64,000 bases of DNA from Chloroflexota bacterium (GTDB lineage Bacteria; Chloroflexota; UBA11872; VXOZ01), in assembly GCA_963662335.2 (NCBI GenBank), contig CAXXVD010000002.1:64001-128000 (forward strand), given 5' to 3'. The notes below the pieces were generated by a model. That model was not told where the DNA came from and searched no databases. It saw only the letters and a program-made list of their open reading frames with translations. Of the stretch, positions 1 through 9,998 are shown piece after piece (the stretch's first letter is position 1; the number at the start of each line of letters is the position of its first letter). The position numbers and the translations under genes were made by a program.

Positions 1-341
1 TCGTTCTGCTTTTGTCGGGCCAGAAACTCCTCTGCATAGCTCTTCATCGTCCTATCTTTGATTTGCGCGATCCCTGAGGTCACTGCGGCGACTGGAGCTG
101 CGCCCCCATGAATCTGGAAGAGTTTTGTCACACCTCCCCATGCGTTGGTGACAACAGGGCGAATACTTGACGGGTCAAAGCTAACGAGAGGGTGCCCTTC
201 CCCGTCCACCAATGGTTCGCCATCTTCGTCCTTTGGCTGACTTAGTTCGAATGGATCTATAGCGTACTCAATACTACTCGCAATACTGTCACAACCCAGC
301 ACTAACCCTTCACTGGTAGCTAGCGCGATGTTTATCGTCAT
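1..341 (-). CDS. Partial proteasome-beta-like N-terminal nucleophile (Ntn) hydrolase, runs off the window start
   Basis: Manual translation from ATG at 341: MTINIALATSEGLVLGCDSIASS...VTKLFQI...VAAVTSGIAQI; open to position 1; GGAG RBS upstream; Thr2, 'GLVLGCDS' and a downstream Lys match the proteasome beta/HslV pattern. Confidence 0.7.
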   Translation of the reverse strand, partial: MTINIALATSEGLVLGCDSIASSIEYAIDPFELSQPKDEDGEPLVDGEGHPLVSFDPSSIRPVVTNAWGGVTKLFQIHGGAAPVAAVTSGIAQIKDRTMKSYAEEFLARQKQN

Positions 342-697
342 GTTGTGCTCCAAGAGCGTACATAGCCGAAAACTCCACAAGCACGCAGACTGCACCTTTG
401 TATCCAATCGAAGGCTGGCGCCAGACTGGCGAACTGAATCGCAGGAAGTTCACGTTGAGAAGATCTCGACACATAGGTTGTGTAAAGAGATCCAGCGGTC
501 CCAGCGTTGTTACTCGACAACCCAACAAGATGAGTAACATCTTCCAGGAAGGCAGGCGCGCGGTGCAAATAAGGAAGCGCGGAACAATCCAAGCGCACGA
601 AACTGATCATTCCCTCCACCCGAAGAAGCCGCACTCTCTCATTTGAATTTCGCATCCGGCGTAAGGAACAGGCTCCCACAGGGGGCAGCGGAAGTTT

Positions 698-955
698 CTA
701 TGCCTGCGGTGGCGAACCGTCGGTGCGTTCCCGTATGAAGTAGCCCTCCAGCAGGCCCTCGATGCGGGAGACGCGCTCGCTGAGGGCATCCACACGGATG
801 CTGAGGGCGTCGATGCGCGAATTCACGTCCCTACTGAGCGTGTCCATGCGCTGTTCCAGCCGGGATATGCGCCCGTCCATGCGCAGAATCAGGCCAATGA
901 CCGCGACGCTGGTAACGATGATGGTCGCCAACATGCCGAAGAATTCGTAATTCAC
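698..955 (-). CDS. Small membrane-anchored coiled-coil protein
   Basis: N-terminal TM helix, then heptad repeats (ISRLEQR/IDALSIR/VDALSER); purine-rich RBS. Confidence 0.75.
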   Translation of the reverse strand: MNYEFFGMLATIIVTSVAVIGLILRMDGRISRLEQRMDTLSRDVNSRIDALSIRVDALSERVSRIEGLLEGYFIRERTDGSPPQA

Positions 956-1144
956 TACGTTTCCCTTTCGCGATCAGGGATTCACCGGAGAGTTTCTTCC
1001 ACCACCATTGTAGTCAAGCGCCGCGGGCCACGCAATCCTGGCGCGCACTCGGCGTGAAACCATCACCAGAGTCGACAGAGAAGCGTCTCGCCTACGCCTC
1101 TGGTACACTTCAGTCAAACAACAATACCGTCACTTAAGGGAGGT

Positions 1145-2899
1145 TTGTTCACTGTGGGCATGCTTGTTCTCACCCAACCGGGGAATCGCGCGAATACGTA
1201 TGGGCCGTATACGGCCGCGGTGCTGAAGGCCGAGGGTTTCGCGGACTTCGACGTGCGGCCCATCGGTCAGGAGGCTTTGTGCCGGCTCGACGCGTACGAC
1301 GCGGTGATACTCACGCCCAGCCTGCCCCGGCGCGCCCTTGTCGAGCGGCTCGCGGCGTACGTAAAGGCCGGCGGACGGCTGATCGCGCTGCGGCCCTCGC
1401 GGCTGCTGGCGGTGGCGTTGGGCCTGGCGCCCACGGACACGGCGGCCTTTCCAGCCTACGTGCGGCCGCTGCCGGGCAATGCGATCAGCGCCGGCGTGCC
1501 GCACGAGTCCATTCAGACACACGTGCCCGCCGACAACTACGAGCCGCTGCAACTGCCGGAGGGCGCGCGCGAGATCGCCCGCATCTTCCAGGACGCGGAA
1601 GTCGAGACCTCCTATCCCGCCGTCTTGCACTTCCCCTTGGGCAAAGGCCAGGTGGTGGTTTTCGGCTACGACCTCCCCCAGGCGGTGGCGCTGATTCGCC
1701 AGGGCAATCCCACTCACTACGGCTGGCGCACCTGTGGCTTCGGCAATCCCTACCGGCCCAACGATATGTACGCCGGCCACCTGGACCCGCGCCGCATGAG
1801 CCTGCCCCAGGCCGACATCCACGCCATGCTGCTTGGCAACGCGATCAACGCCATTGCCCGCAACCCGCAGCCGCGCCTGTGGTACTACGACACACCCGAT
1901 ACCACAAGCATGGTGGTGCTGGATTCCGACGACGACTACTCACCGCTGGAAGCCTTCGAGGCGCTCATGGACTCCGTGGAAGCGCACCAGGGGCACATCA
2001 CCATCTACCTCATGCTCGGCCCTTCCAAGTACACCATCGCCACGCCGGAGCGGGTGGAAGGCTGGCGCGCCCGCGGGCATTCGTTCGGCATCCACCACAA
2101 CGCCTTCGATCCACAGTACGCGAATGAAGAGCAGGACGCGGTGATGGAAGAGATCGTGCGGCGCGATACCGGCTACTTCCGCGAGCACTACGGCGGCGAG
2201 ACGGTCATCGCCAACCGCAATCACTGTCTCGGCTGGAAGGGCTACGTGGACCTGCCGCGCATCTACCAGGACGTGGGCGTGGTGCTGGACACCAACCTGC
2301 TCAGCATCCACAACGAATGGCTGCATTACACCAACGGCTCCGGGCATCCCGGCAAGTTCGTGGACACCGACGGCGAGGTAATCGAGGTATTCCAGCAGTT
2401 GACCCAGGCCTACGATGATGCTTCCGTGAAGGCGCGGCTCTCGTCGGACCCGGTGGGCGAGGCCAAGTCCACGCGCCAGGTGATGCTGGAAAAGAAGGAG
2501 CGCTACTTCAGCCCGCTCACGATGCTCTCGCACCCGGTCTCGTTCTACACCTACAGCAGCGCCTACCAGAACCAGTGCTGGGACTACGCCAACGAACTGG
2601 GACTGCCCATCTGGAGCGCGTTCGAGTGGGCGGCGTTCGTGCGCGCCCGCGACCAGGCGGTCGTGTTGCACAGCGCCTGGGACAACGGCAGTTTTTCCTG
2701 CACGGTTGCCGGCAGTTCGCCCAGCGGCAGCTTTACGCTGATGGTGCCGTTGCCAGACGGCGAAACGCCCCGCGCCACGGTGGACGGCGAGGACGTGGAC
2801 GTGACGCTGCAAGAGGCGTACGGCTGGACCTACGCCCTGGCGCCGGTGCCCATCAGCAGCAACGGCGCGGAAACGCGGCAGGTTGTAGTGCAAACGTGA
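1145..2899 (+). CDS. Hypothetical protein: GATase-like N-terminal domain plus polysaccharide-deacetylase-like domain
   Basis: 584 aa ORF; DSDDD, GIHHN and NRNH metal-site-like motifs; start may be GTG 1154 or ATG 1160. Confidence 0.65.
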   Translation: MFTVGMLVLTQPGNRANTYGPYTAAVLKAEGFADFDVRPIGQEALCRLDAYDAVILTPSLPRRALVERLAAYVKAGGRLIALRPSRLLAVALGLAPTDTAAFPAYVRPLPGNAISAGVPHESIQTHVPADNYEPLQLPEGAREIARIFQDAEVETSYPAVLHFPLGKGQVVVFGYDLPQAVALIRQGNPTHYGWRTCGFGNPYRPNDMYAGHLDPRRMSLPQADIHAMLLGNAINAIARNPQPRLWYYDTPDTTSMVVLDSDDDYSPLEAFEALMDSVEAHQGHITIYLMLGPSKYTIATPERVEGWRARGHSFGIHHNAFDPQYANEEQDAVMEEIVRRDTGYFREHYGGETVIANRNHCLGWKGYVDLPRIYQDVGVVLDTNLLSIHNEWLHYTNGSGHPGKFVDTDGEVIEVFQQLTQAYDDASVKARLSSDPVGEAKSTRQVMLEKKERYFSPLTMLSHPVSFYTYSSAYQNQCWDYANELGLPIWSAFEWAAFVRARDQAVVLHSAWDNGSFSCTVAGSSPSGSFTLMVPLPDGETPRATVDGEDVDVTLQEAYGWTYALAPVPISSNGAETRQVVVQT

Positions 2900-2990
2900 T
2901 AGACTCGTCAGGAAAAGTGAGGCAGTGTTGATACGTGGGAGGCGCGGCATGTCCGCGTGTGTCGCCCAGAGGAGAACGGCTCCCGCAAAG

Positions 2991-3064
2991 TGTCATTCTG
3001 AGGAGCGCAGCGACGAAGAATCTAGGGCGCGCGCAGTAGATTCCTCGCTACGCTCGGAATGACA
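2991..3064. repeat. Palindromic repeat family A (TGTCATTCYGAG...AGAATCT / AGATTCCTCGCT..GCTCGGAATGACA); other copies at 10050-10143, 57889-57965, half copy at 28752-28780
   Basis: Near-identical imperfect inverted repeats in intergenic regions. Confidence 0.85.
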
Positions 3065-3140
3065 AGCCACGTGTCAACAATGCCGAGACTCGAGAGATGA
3101 ATAGATTCGCCCAACAGCACTTAGTGACAAGGAGTGTGCC

Positions 3141-4358
3141 ATGGAACTGACCAAAGACGAACAACACCTGCTGGAGCACGCCAAGCGGAAGTTTCCGTTT
3201 CCCATCCTGGGCGGCTGGTATACGGAAGCCGAGGTAGACGCGATCAACGCCAGCTTGCAGGAGAGCATGGACTGGCGCATCGGCTTTCACGGGCCGGAGA
3301 TACCGCAGTTCGAGCAAGCGTTCGCGGAGTACTGCGACGTGAAGCACGCGCTGGCCGTGAATTCCTGCGGCACCGGCCTGGACGCGGCCATTCACGCCCT
3401 GCAACTCGGCCCGGAAGACGAGGTAATCGTGCCGGGTATCACGTTCAAGGCCACCTCGCTCTGCGTGCTGGGCGTGGGCGCGAAAGTGGTGCTGGCGGAG
3501 ATCGACCCGGCCACGTTCAACATCGATCCCAACGACGTCGAGCGCCGCATGACGCCCAATACCCGCGCCATTCTGGCCGTGCACAACAACGGCCTCTCCG
3601 CCGACGTGGACGCCCTGGAAGAGATCGCGCAGCGGCATCCGCATCCCGTCCACGGCCCGCCGCCGGTGCTCTGCGACGCGGCCCGCGCCGTCGGCGCCGG
3701 CTACAAGGGCACCAAGGTCGGCAAGAAAGGCGCCATGAACATCTTCAGCTTCCAGACCAGCAAGAACATGACCACCCTGGGCGAGGGCGGCATGGTCACC
3801 ACGGACGATGACGACTACGCGAACTTCGTGAACAGCATGCGCTCGTTTGGCAGTGCGCTGGACGGCTGGGGCACCAACTTCCGCATGACCAAGCTGCAAG
3901 CGGTCGCGGGTTCGATTCAGGTCACGCGCCTGGACGAGATGAACGAGGCGCGGCGGCAGCGCGTGGCCGACTTCGTCGAACTGATCGAGGACATCCCCGG
4001 CCTCATCCTGCCCAGCGAGCCTGAGGGCTACCACCACGTGTGGTACGGCTACACGCTCATGTTCGAGGAAGAATGGGCCGGCGACCCGCGCGACAAGTTC
4101 GCCGACCGCCTCATCGGCAAGCACGGCGTGGGCACCTGGATCATGAACGCCTCCCTGCCGGATTACGTCGGCTACATGGTGCGGCTGGGGCACAGTCCGG
4201 AAGACGTGCCGGTCTCCACCGACGCGGGACGCCGCCTCTTCTGCCCGGCGATCCATCCGCTCATGACCGACGAGGACCTGCGCTACGTGGCCGCGGCCAT
4301 CAAGGAGAGCATGAACGCGGTGGCGGCGGAGACGCGGATGCCGGTGGCGGTGGGCTAA
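3141..4358 (+). CDS. DegT/DnrJ/EryC1/StrS family PLP-dependent aminotransferase
   Basis: AVNSCGTGL, DAARAVG and SFQTSKNMTTLGEGGMV (PLP lysine) motifs; AAGGAG RBS. Confidence 0.92.
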   Translation: MELTKDEQHLLEHAKRKFPFPILGGWYTEAEVDAINASLQESMDWRIGFHGPEIPQFEQAFAEYCDVKHALAVNSCGTGLDAAIHALQLGPEDEVIVPGITFKATSLCVLGVGAKVVLAEIDPATFNIDPNDVERRMTPNTRAILAVHNNGLSADVDALEEIAQRHPHPVHGPPPVLCDAARAVGAGYKGTKVGKKGAMNIFSFQTSKNMTTLGEGGMVTTDDDDYANFVNSMRSFGSALDGWGTNFRMTKLQAVAGSIQVTRLDEMNEARRQRVADFVELIEDIPGLILPSEPEGYHHVWYGYTLMFEEEWAGDPRDKFADRLIGKHGVGTWIMNASLPDYVGYMVRLGHSPEDVPVSTDAGRRLFCPAIHPLMTDEDLRYVAAAIKESMNAVAAETRMPVAVG

Positions 4359-4407
4359 TCCGGGCGCTCCTTGCCGCTGGATACGACAGTCCGATAGGAG
4401 GAGTGCC

Positions 4408-4725
4408 ATGCCAGCTTTGGACACACACAAGGCGTACGAGGCGTATACGCGGGCAGGCTTTAGCAAGCTCCAAGCCGAAGCGCTGCTGGATACGCTGAAT
4501 GAAGAGCGCGAAGCGCTGGCAACCAAAGCCGACTTGCAGGCACTAGAGGAACGGATGAATGCGCGGTTCAAAGAGCATCAGCAACAGACGGATGCCCGGT
4601 TCAAAGCGCTCGAGCACCAAATGGACTCGCGCTTGCAGTCCCTTGAACTGCGCATAACGCTTCGTTTGGGCGCGCTGGTGGTGGCCGTGGCGATCTTGCT
4701 CGCCATACTGGAACTGATTCCGTGA
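4408..4725 (+). CDS. DUF1640/CCDC90-like coiled-coil protein
   Basis: LDTHKAY...AGFSKLQAEAL...LATKADL, coiled coil, C-terminal TM helix. Confidence 0.8.
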   Translation: MPALDTHKAYEAYTRAGFSKLQAEALLDTLNEEREALATKADLQALEERMNARFKEHQQQTDARFKALEHQMDSRLQSLELRITLRLGALVVAVAILLAILELIP

Positions 4726-4841
4726 GACAACGGCAGAGTTCCCACCGCTCGTGCTGCTGATTGTTCTGCAGCAGCGGCGTACGCAGGCTACAGGGAGTAG
4801 AATTCGTGGGAATACCTGCCTGTAGACGTTGAGAGAGGCAC

Positions 4842-5246
4842 ATGCTGCGCAAACTCATTGGCCCGCACTTTTCCGCCTCTGCCGAGCAATCGGACGCGCA
4901 GGATTCACGCCCTCGTCAGCGAGATCACGCGAGCCGGGACGGAAATCCGCAGGCTGCCGGCCAAGAAGCGCAGGCAGACTCCTGGGCCAACGAGGACGCC
5001 GGCCCGGACGAAGACGAGAACGACTGGGACGAATACGACGACGAAATCGCCAGCGCCGCAGCCTTCTCAGCCTGGCAAGACGCATCCGTGCCTCAACGGG
5101 TCTGGAATGAGGATGAAGCGGCCCTGGCGGCGGAACTGCAGGAAGCGCATGACGACGCAGAGCGCTGGGAAGACTGGGCGGCAGTGGATGACATTGAAGA
5201 CGATGCGTCGTATGAATGGGGGCAAGAGGAAGAGGAGGAATATTGA
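4842..5246 (+). CDS. Highly acidic hypothetical protein
   Basis: 134 aa, very D/E-rich with scattered Trp; GAGG RBS. Confidence 0.6.
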   Translation: MLRKLIGPHFSASAEQSDAQDSRPRQRDHASRDGNPQAAGQEAQADSWANEDAGPDEDENDWDEYDDEIASAAAFSAWQDASVPQRVWNEDEAALAAELQEAHDDAERWEDWAAVDDIEDDASYEWGQEEEEEY

Positions 5247-5374
5247 CCACTCTCCTTCTCGATAAGGATTCAACGCAGTCTCAGTCTATCCCGCCGGCTC
5301 CGAGTGTCATAGAGCAGGCGGGGAACGTGAAACCGGTGTCGGTTAAGTCGTAGGCAACAGGGGAAGAAACTGGC

Positions 5375-6541
5375 ATGAAGAAAGCAATCGTGCATCCGCT
5401 GCGGTTCGTGGTGGGGCCGGGCGTAGTTGGCGACGTGGGCGCTCATGCGGCGGCATTGGGCAGCAAGGCGCTCATCGTCGGCGGCGGTCGCGCCGTGGCG
5501 GCCATCCAGGACACCGTTACCGGCGCGCTCGACGCGCACGGCATCCCGTACCACGTCGAGCACGGCAAGCACGTCGATAAGAATCGCCCGGCGGTGGACG
5601 CGCTGGTGGCGAAGGGCAAAGAATTCGGCGCGGACGTGGTGATTGGCGCCGGCGGCGGGCGCGTGGTGGACGCGGCCAAGGCGATCGCGCACGAGATGGG
5701 CGCGTGGCTCATCAGCGTGCCCACGGTCGCTTCCACCAACGCCACCGCCACCTTCAGCGCCAGCATCGAAGGCGACGCCGAGCGCAACGTGTGGTACGTC
5801 GGCCCGCACACGGTGATTGCCGACACCCGCGTCATCGCTCAAGGCGGCGGGCGCTGGCTGGCGGCCGGCATGGCCGACGCGCTGCCCACCTGGACCGGCG
5901 GCCGCATCGCGCGCGAACTGCGCCAACGCAGCGGCACCGAGCGCATCCTCGGCTTCGACAACGTCTTTCCCACCGAAGCCGCGATCGCCATCGCGGAGTG
6001 GACCTACGACACGATTCTCGGCTACGGCGCGTCGGCCTACCAGGCCTGCGAGCGCGGCGTGGCTACGGAAGCGGTGGACAAGGTGGTGGAAGCGATCGTC
6101 TACGGCGGCGGCGTGGCCGGCCCGGCCTGCGGCGTGGTCGGCGGCGAACACGGCCTGCACCCCGGCAATTCCAAGCACGCCACCAAAGAGGGCGTCCACG
6201 GCGAGCAGGTGGCCTTCGGCATCCTCGTCTCGGTCTCGCTCATGCAGCAGGGCGAAGCCGAGGTGCGCAATCTCATCCGCTTCAACCAGTCGGTCAACCT
6301 GCCCTCCACGTTCGCCGACTTCGGCGTGGAGAACGCGGACCGCAGCCTGGTGCGCGAGATCGCGGAGGAAATCCTGGGCCCGGGCGGCACGAGCACGTTC
6401 GGCCTGTGGTACGAGGTGGACGTGGACTTGCTGACGGACGTGATGGTGGACGTGGACCGCATGGCGCAGGAGGAGAAGGGCCGTCAGCCGCGCTTGCCGG
6501 CAGGCGCGATGTTTGGCAGGCGCCGGCGGCTGTGGGCTTGA
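5375..6541 (+). CDS. Glycerol dehydrogenase-like metal-dependent alcohol dehydrogenase
   Basis: GGGRVVDAAK, VPTVAST, MADAL, HGEQVAFG motifs. Confidence 0.85.
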   Translation: MKKAIVHPLRFVVGPGVVGDVGAHAAALGSKALIVGGGRAVAAIQDTVTGALDAHGIPYHVEHGKHVDKNRPAVDALVAKGKEFGADVVIGAGGGRVVDAAKAIAHEMGAWLISVPTVASTNATATFSASIEGDAERNVWYVGPHTVIADTRVIAQGGGRWLAAGMADALPTWTGGRIARELRQRSGTERILGFDNVFPTEAAIAIAEWTYDTILGYGASAYQACERGVATEAVDKVVEAIVYGGGVAGPACGVVGGEHGLHPGNSKHATKEGVHGEQVAFGILVSVSLMQQGEAEVRNLIRFNQSVNLPSTFADFGVENADRSLVREIAEEILGPGGTSTFGLWYEVDVDLLTDVMVDVDRMAQEEKGRQPRLPAGAMFGRRRRLWA

Positions 6542-6617
6542 AGCAATGCCGCATCGCCGCGGGTCGCAAAGCGGTGAATCCCGCGCCGGCGCTTCCCTCC
6601 CGCCGTATCGGCAAACG

Positions 6618-6642
6618 GTAGCGCGGGGGCTTGTCCCCCGCC
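6618..6642. repeat. GTAG-type REP family C (GTAGCGCGGGGGCTTGTCCCCCGCC); copies at 10220, 12220, 28922, 29986, 50010, 55346, 57609, 60123, 60369, plus interrupted copies
   Basis: About 10 near-identical 25-bp hairpins with a GTAG foot, in both orientations. Confidence 0.9.
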
Positions 6643-6725
6643 TCGGTAGAGAGGCCGCCAACGGAATTCTGCGAGCAACAGCCCCCCTCACCTAGCCCTC
6701 TCCCCGGGGAGAGGGAAAAGAAGGA

Positions 6726-7619
6726 TTGACATTAATGGCCGCTAAACCGCTCTACGTCATCTTTACGCAGGACTGCGAGCAACTCATGGACGACTCGCTG
6801 CACGGCGGGCCGGAGGAGTGGGGCATCAGCGAACGCTCGGTAACCGGCTATGCGGATGTCCTGGAAGAGAACGGCTTGCGCGCCACCTTCTTCATCGTGG
6901 CGCAGACGGCGGCGGCGCAGCCCGCGCTGTATTGGGACCTGGAGAAGCGCGGCTTCGAACTTGGCTTGCACGTCCATCCGCAGGATACCGGCCTGGGCTA
7001 TACCGACTATCTCGGCGGCTACACGTTCGACGAGCAGGTAAGCATGTTCGACACGGTGGCCGACCAGTGGGCGGACGCCATCGGCAGGCGGCCCACCAAC
7101 TTTCGGGGCGGCAATTTTTCCGCCAACGACAACACGTATCCCGCCCTCGTCGCCACCGGCTTTACCCATGGCAGCGTCTCGTCGCCGGGCCGGCAGTATG
7201 ACAAAGCCAAGGCCGTCTGGCAGGGCGCGGCGCCCTACGCCCACTACGCGCACAAGGCGAACCGGCTCTTCCCCGGCGACCTGGACTTCTACGAAATCCC
7301 GCTTACCTGCGACCAGGTGCGGCGGCGCGCGCCGCATCTGCCCATGGAACTGCGCATCGAGGGCGCCGACGGCGATTCACACCGCCAGACTATTCGCCAG
7401 GCCTGGGCCGATATGGCGGATTACCCCGACGATGTTCCCAGGATCATCATGCCCTTTACCCACAACACGCACTTCTACGGCGATACGGACGGCGAGAAGC
7501 GCCTGGCGCTCGATGCCATCGTGGATGAGATAAAAATCATTGCGGAAGAAGCGGGCTACGCGGTCGTCGGCGGCACCATTGGCAGCGTCTACGCGGCGGT
7601 GGAAGGGGTAAGCAATTAG
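6726..7619 (+). CDS. Polysaccharide deacetylase family protein
   Basis: TQDCE, RATFFIV, ELGLHVH, FRGG motifs. Confidence 0.8.
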   Translation: MTLMAAKPLYVIFTQDCEQLMDDSLHGGPEEWGISERSVTGYADVLEENGLRATFFIVAQTAAAQPALYWDLEKRGFELGLHVHPQDTGLGYTDYLGGYTFDEQVSMFDTVADQWADAIGRRPTNFRGGNFSANDNTYPALVATGFTHGSVSSPGRQYDKAKAVWQGAAPYAHYAHKANRLFPGDLDFYEIPLTCDQVRRRAPHLPMELRIEGADGDSHRQTIRQAWADMADYPDDVPRIIMPFTHNTHFYGDTDGEKRLALDAIVDEIKIIAEEAGYAVVGGTIGSVYAAVEGVSN

Positions 7620-7625
7620 ACGGCA

Positions 7626-8696
7626 GTGGCCTTAAGCACGCAGGAGGTATTTCCCATGCGGCAAGTGGTTCAGTCGGGCACGCCCCACGAGATGGGCTTG
7701 CAGCACGGCGCGGCGTTCGCGGACGTCATTCCGGTGGCGGTCAAGCGCTTTGCCATCGACCGCGGCTGGAACACGCCGCACGGCAGGCGCGTGCTGCGGC
7801 AGGTGGAGCGCAACCTGGACAGAGTGTTCCCGGAATCCCTGGAGGAACTCCACGCCATCGCTGGCGCCGCCAACGTGAACTGCGACGAACTGCTGGCCTA
7901 CAACTTCTGCCAGGAGATTAGCCGCTCGCGCGTGGAGTGCACCAACGTGGCGTTGGCGGATACGCCTCAGGGAACCATTCACTTCAAGTCCAACGACGTG
8001 GACGCCGACATGAAGCAGTTCCACGTCTTGCAGGAAGTGCACCCCGAGCGCGGGCACGCCTATCTTGGGGTGACCTACGCCGGCACCACGTGGCTGAACG
8101 CCGGCGTGAACGAGGCGGGCCTCACCTACGGCGGCAGCAGCATTCCCAACAACGACAGCGATTGGGATAACGGCATTCCCACCAATACGGTACTGCGCTA
8201 TCTCTTGCAGTTCGCCGATTCCGTTGACGCCGTGGCCGATTTGGCGGCGCGCACGCCCATCATGAACCACGGCGCAAACATGATGTTCACCGACCCCAGC
8301 GGCGCGGCAATCGTGGTGGAACGCTCGGCCACGCGCACGGCGGTGCGGTGCATGGACGGCCACGCCATCTGGAACACGAACCACTTTCTGTGCGCAGAGA
8401 TGCAGGCGGTGCTCAAGGACGACGGCGGCGCGGCGGCCCAGAACAGCCGCGACCGCTTCACCGTCTTGGAGCGGCTGACGGCGGAGCAACCCCACTCGCT
8501 GGCGCAACTCAAGCAAATCGCGCGCACGCACACGGAACCCGCCGACATCTGCCGCCACGGCCCGCTGGCCCACAGCATCATGGGCTACATCATGATCCCA
8601 CGGGAACGCAGTTTGCTCGTGAGTTTCGGCTATCCGTGCGAGAATGAGTTTGAGACGTTTACGTTTACTCAGGTACCCGCAGCGGCCGCGTCCTGA
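7626..8696 (+). CDS. Peptidase C45 / acyl-CoA:6-APA acyltransferase-like Ntn hydrolase
   Basis: GTPHEMGLQHG, E-C-T nucleophile site, GVNEAGL, NTNHF motifs; likely start ATG 7656. Confidence 0.85.
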   Translation: MALSTQEVFPMRQVVQSGTPHEMGLQHGAAFADVIPVAVKRFAIDRGWNTPHGRRVLRQVERNLDRVFPESLEELHAIAGAANVNCDELLAYNFCQEISRSRVECTNVALADTPQGTIHFKSNDVDADMKQFHVLQEVHPERGHAYLGVTYAGTTWLNAGVNEAGLTYGGSSIPNNDSDWDNGIPTNTVLRYLLQFADSVDAVADLAARTPIMNHGANMMFTDPSGAAIVVERSATRTAVRCMDGHAIWNTNHFLCAEMQAVLKDDGGAAAQNSRDRFTVLERLTAEQPHSLAQLKQIARTHTEPADICRHGPLAHSIMGYIMIPRERSLLVSFGYPCENEFETFTFTQVPAAAAS

Positions 8697-8714
8697 CAGA
8701 GCGACCGCGCATAT

Positions 8715-8786
8715 CGTCATTCCCGCGAAAGCGGGAATCTATCGGCTGCGCGGCGAAGATGGATTCCCGCGTGCGCGGGAATGACG
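8715..8786. repeat. Palindromic repeat family B (CGTCATTCCSGCGAAAGCSGGAATC...GATTCC...GGAATGACG); copies at 13710-13781, 59789-59840, 61504-61531
   Basis: dRS3/RPE-like double hairpin repeated intergenically. Confidence 0.85.
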
Positions 8787-8795
8787 CTCCAACCC

Positions 8796-9998
8796 ATGAA
8801 AATTACACTCGACGACTACCGGTACATCGGCACGGAACTTGGCCGCTACGTTGCCGCGCGCGTGCCCAATCTCGCTGCGGCGGTCTACTGCAAGCATCAT
8901 CTCGGCACGCTCACGCCCGGGTTCAGCGATCACGACCTCCGCACCGTGGCTGCCGCGCCGGACGCCGCGACCTGGCTGGCGTTGAGCCGCGCCGGCGGCG
9001 AATCCTACGTGGAACTGCTGGAGCGCGCCCCCCACTACGCCCGCATCCTGGAGCATCCGCCGGGTTTCATCTGCTCGCCGGACGAGGCGCGACAACTCCT
9101 GCCGCTCATGGGCGAGGTGCGCGATTGGGAGCGCATCGGCGGCGCGGAGAACCCGCTGGACGACGTGCTGGCGGCGCAGCCGCCGCAGTTTACGCGGGCG
9201 CAGCAGCATGAGGCCTGCGGCAAGTTCAAGATGTACTTGGTGCCGCGGCCGCAGCAGTTCGACCCGCCCATCAACCTGCTGCCGGAGTACCTGTCCTACT
9301 ACCCGCTCTACGGCGCGCTCTCGCACTGGTTCCTGCCGGCGGCCAAGCTGGCGTGCGGCCTGCTGCGGGACGCGTGGGTACCGACCAAGCCGGCGGCCTT
9401 GGACGTGCTGCCTGAGGTGATTGGCGCGCGGCCGCTGTTGGAGCGGCTGAACGCAATTGTCGCCGCGGACTATCGCGTACGCATGTCTGACACGGAGTGC
9501 GCGGCGCTGGCGGACGAACTCCTAGCAGTGGTCTACGAACTGCGCGACAAGGTGGCGGCGCATTGCGCGCAACTGCCGCCGGTAGCGCCGGAACTGGCGG
9601 CCCACGAGCAACGGCTGCGCTACGCGCTCCAGGCGCTGGCCGGTATCCGCGGCCGGTTCGGCATCGCGGTCTTCTTCCGCCACGCTCCCCCCGACCGCTT
9701 CGACGGCGCGTGGCTGCGCATGCACCTGGGCGAGGAAATCGAAACTCTGAGCACGCAGTTCTTCAATGCCCTGCTCAATGACGACGGCACAGATACCAGG
9801 CCAGTGTCTGAAAGGCTTGAAGGCGTACTCAATCCTTCAACACTTCCCATCGTCACCAACCTCTACGCCGCAATCACGCCGCACGACGACATGAACGACG
9901 CCCGGCTCGACGCGCTGATAGCCATTTGGCCGGAATACGCCGCGCTGGTGGAAGAACTCTATGCCGCTAAAATCGCGCCGCTGTGGCGCGAGGCGTAA
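8796..9998 (+). CDS. Hypothetical protein with a nucleotidyltransferase-like N-terminal motif
   Basis: ~400 aa ORF; GTLTPGFSDHDLR resembles the Pol-beta NTase G..PGxSDxD motif; the track start 8781 lies inside repeat B. Confidence 0.55.
   Translation: MKITLDDYRYIGTELGRYVAARVPNLAAAVYCKHHLGTLTPGFSDHDLRTVAAAPDAATWLALSRAGGESYVELLERAPHYARILEHPPGFICSPDEARQLLPLMGEVRDWERIGGAENPLDDVLAAQPPQFTRAQQHEACGKFKMYLVPRPQQFDPPINLLPEYLSYYPLYGALSHWFLPAAKLACGLLRDAWVPTKPAALDVLPEVIGARPLLERLNAIVAADYRVRMSDTECAALADELLAVVYELRDKVAAHCAQLPPVAPELAAHEQRLRYALQALAGIRGRFGIAVFFRHAPPDRFDGAWLRMHLGEEIETLSTQFFNALLNDDGTDTRPVSERLEGVLNPSTLPIVTNLYAAITPHDDMNDARLDALIAIWPEYAALVEELYAAKIAPLWREA

Noticed and set aside
338-679. 113 aa ORF whose stop overlaps the Ntn-hydrolase start (ATGA)
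   Set aside because: No recognisable motif, RBS or coding bias; the overlap can arise by chance
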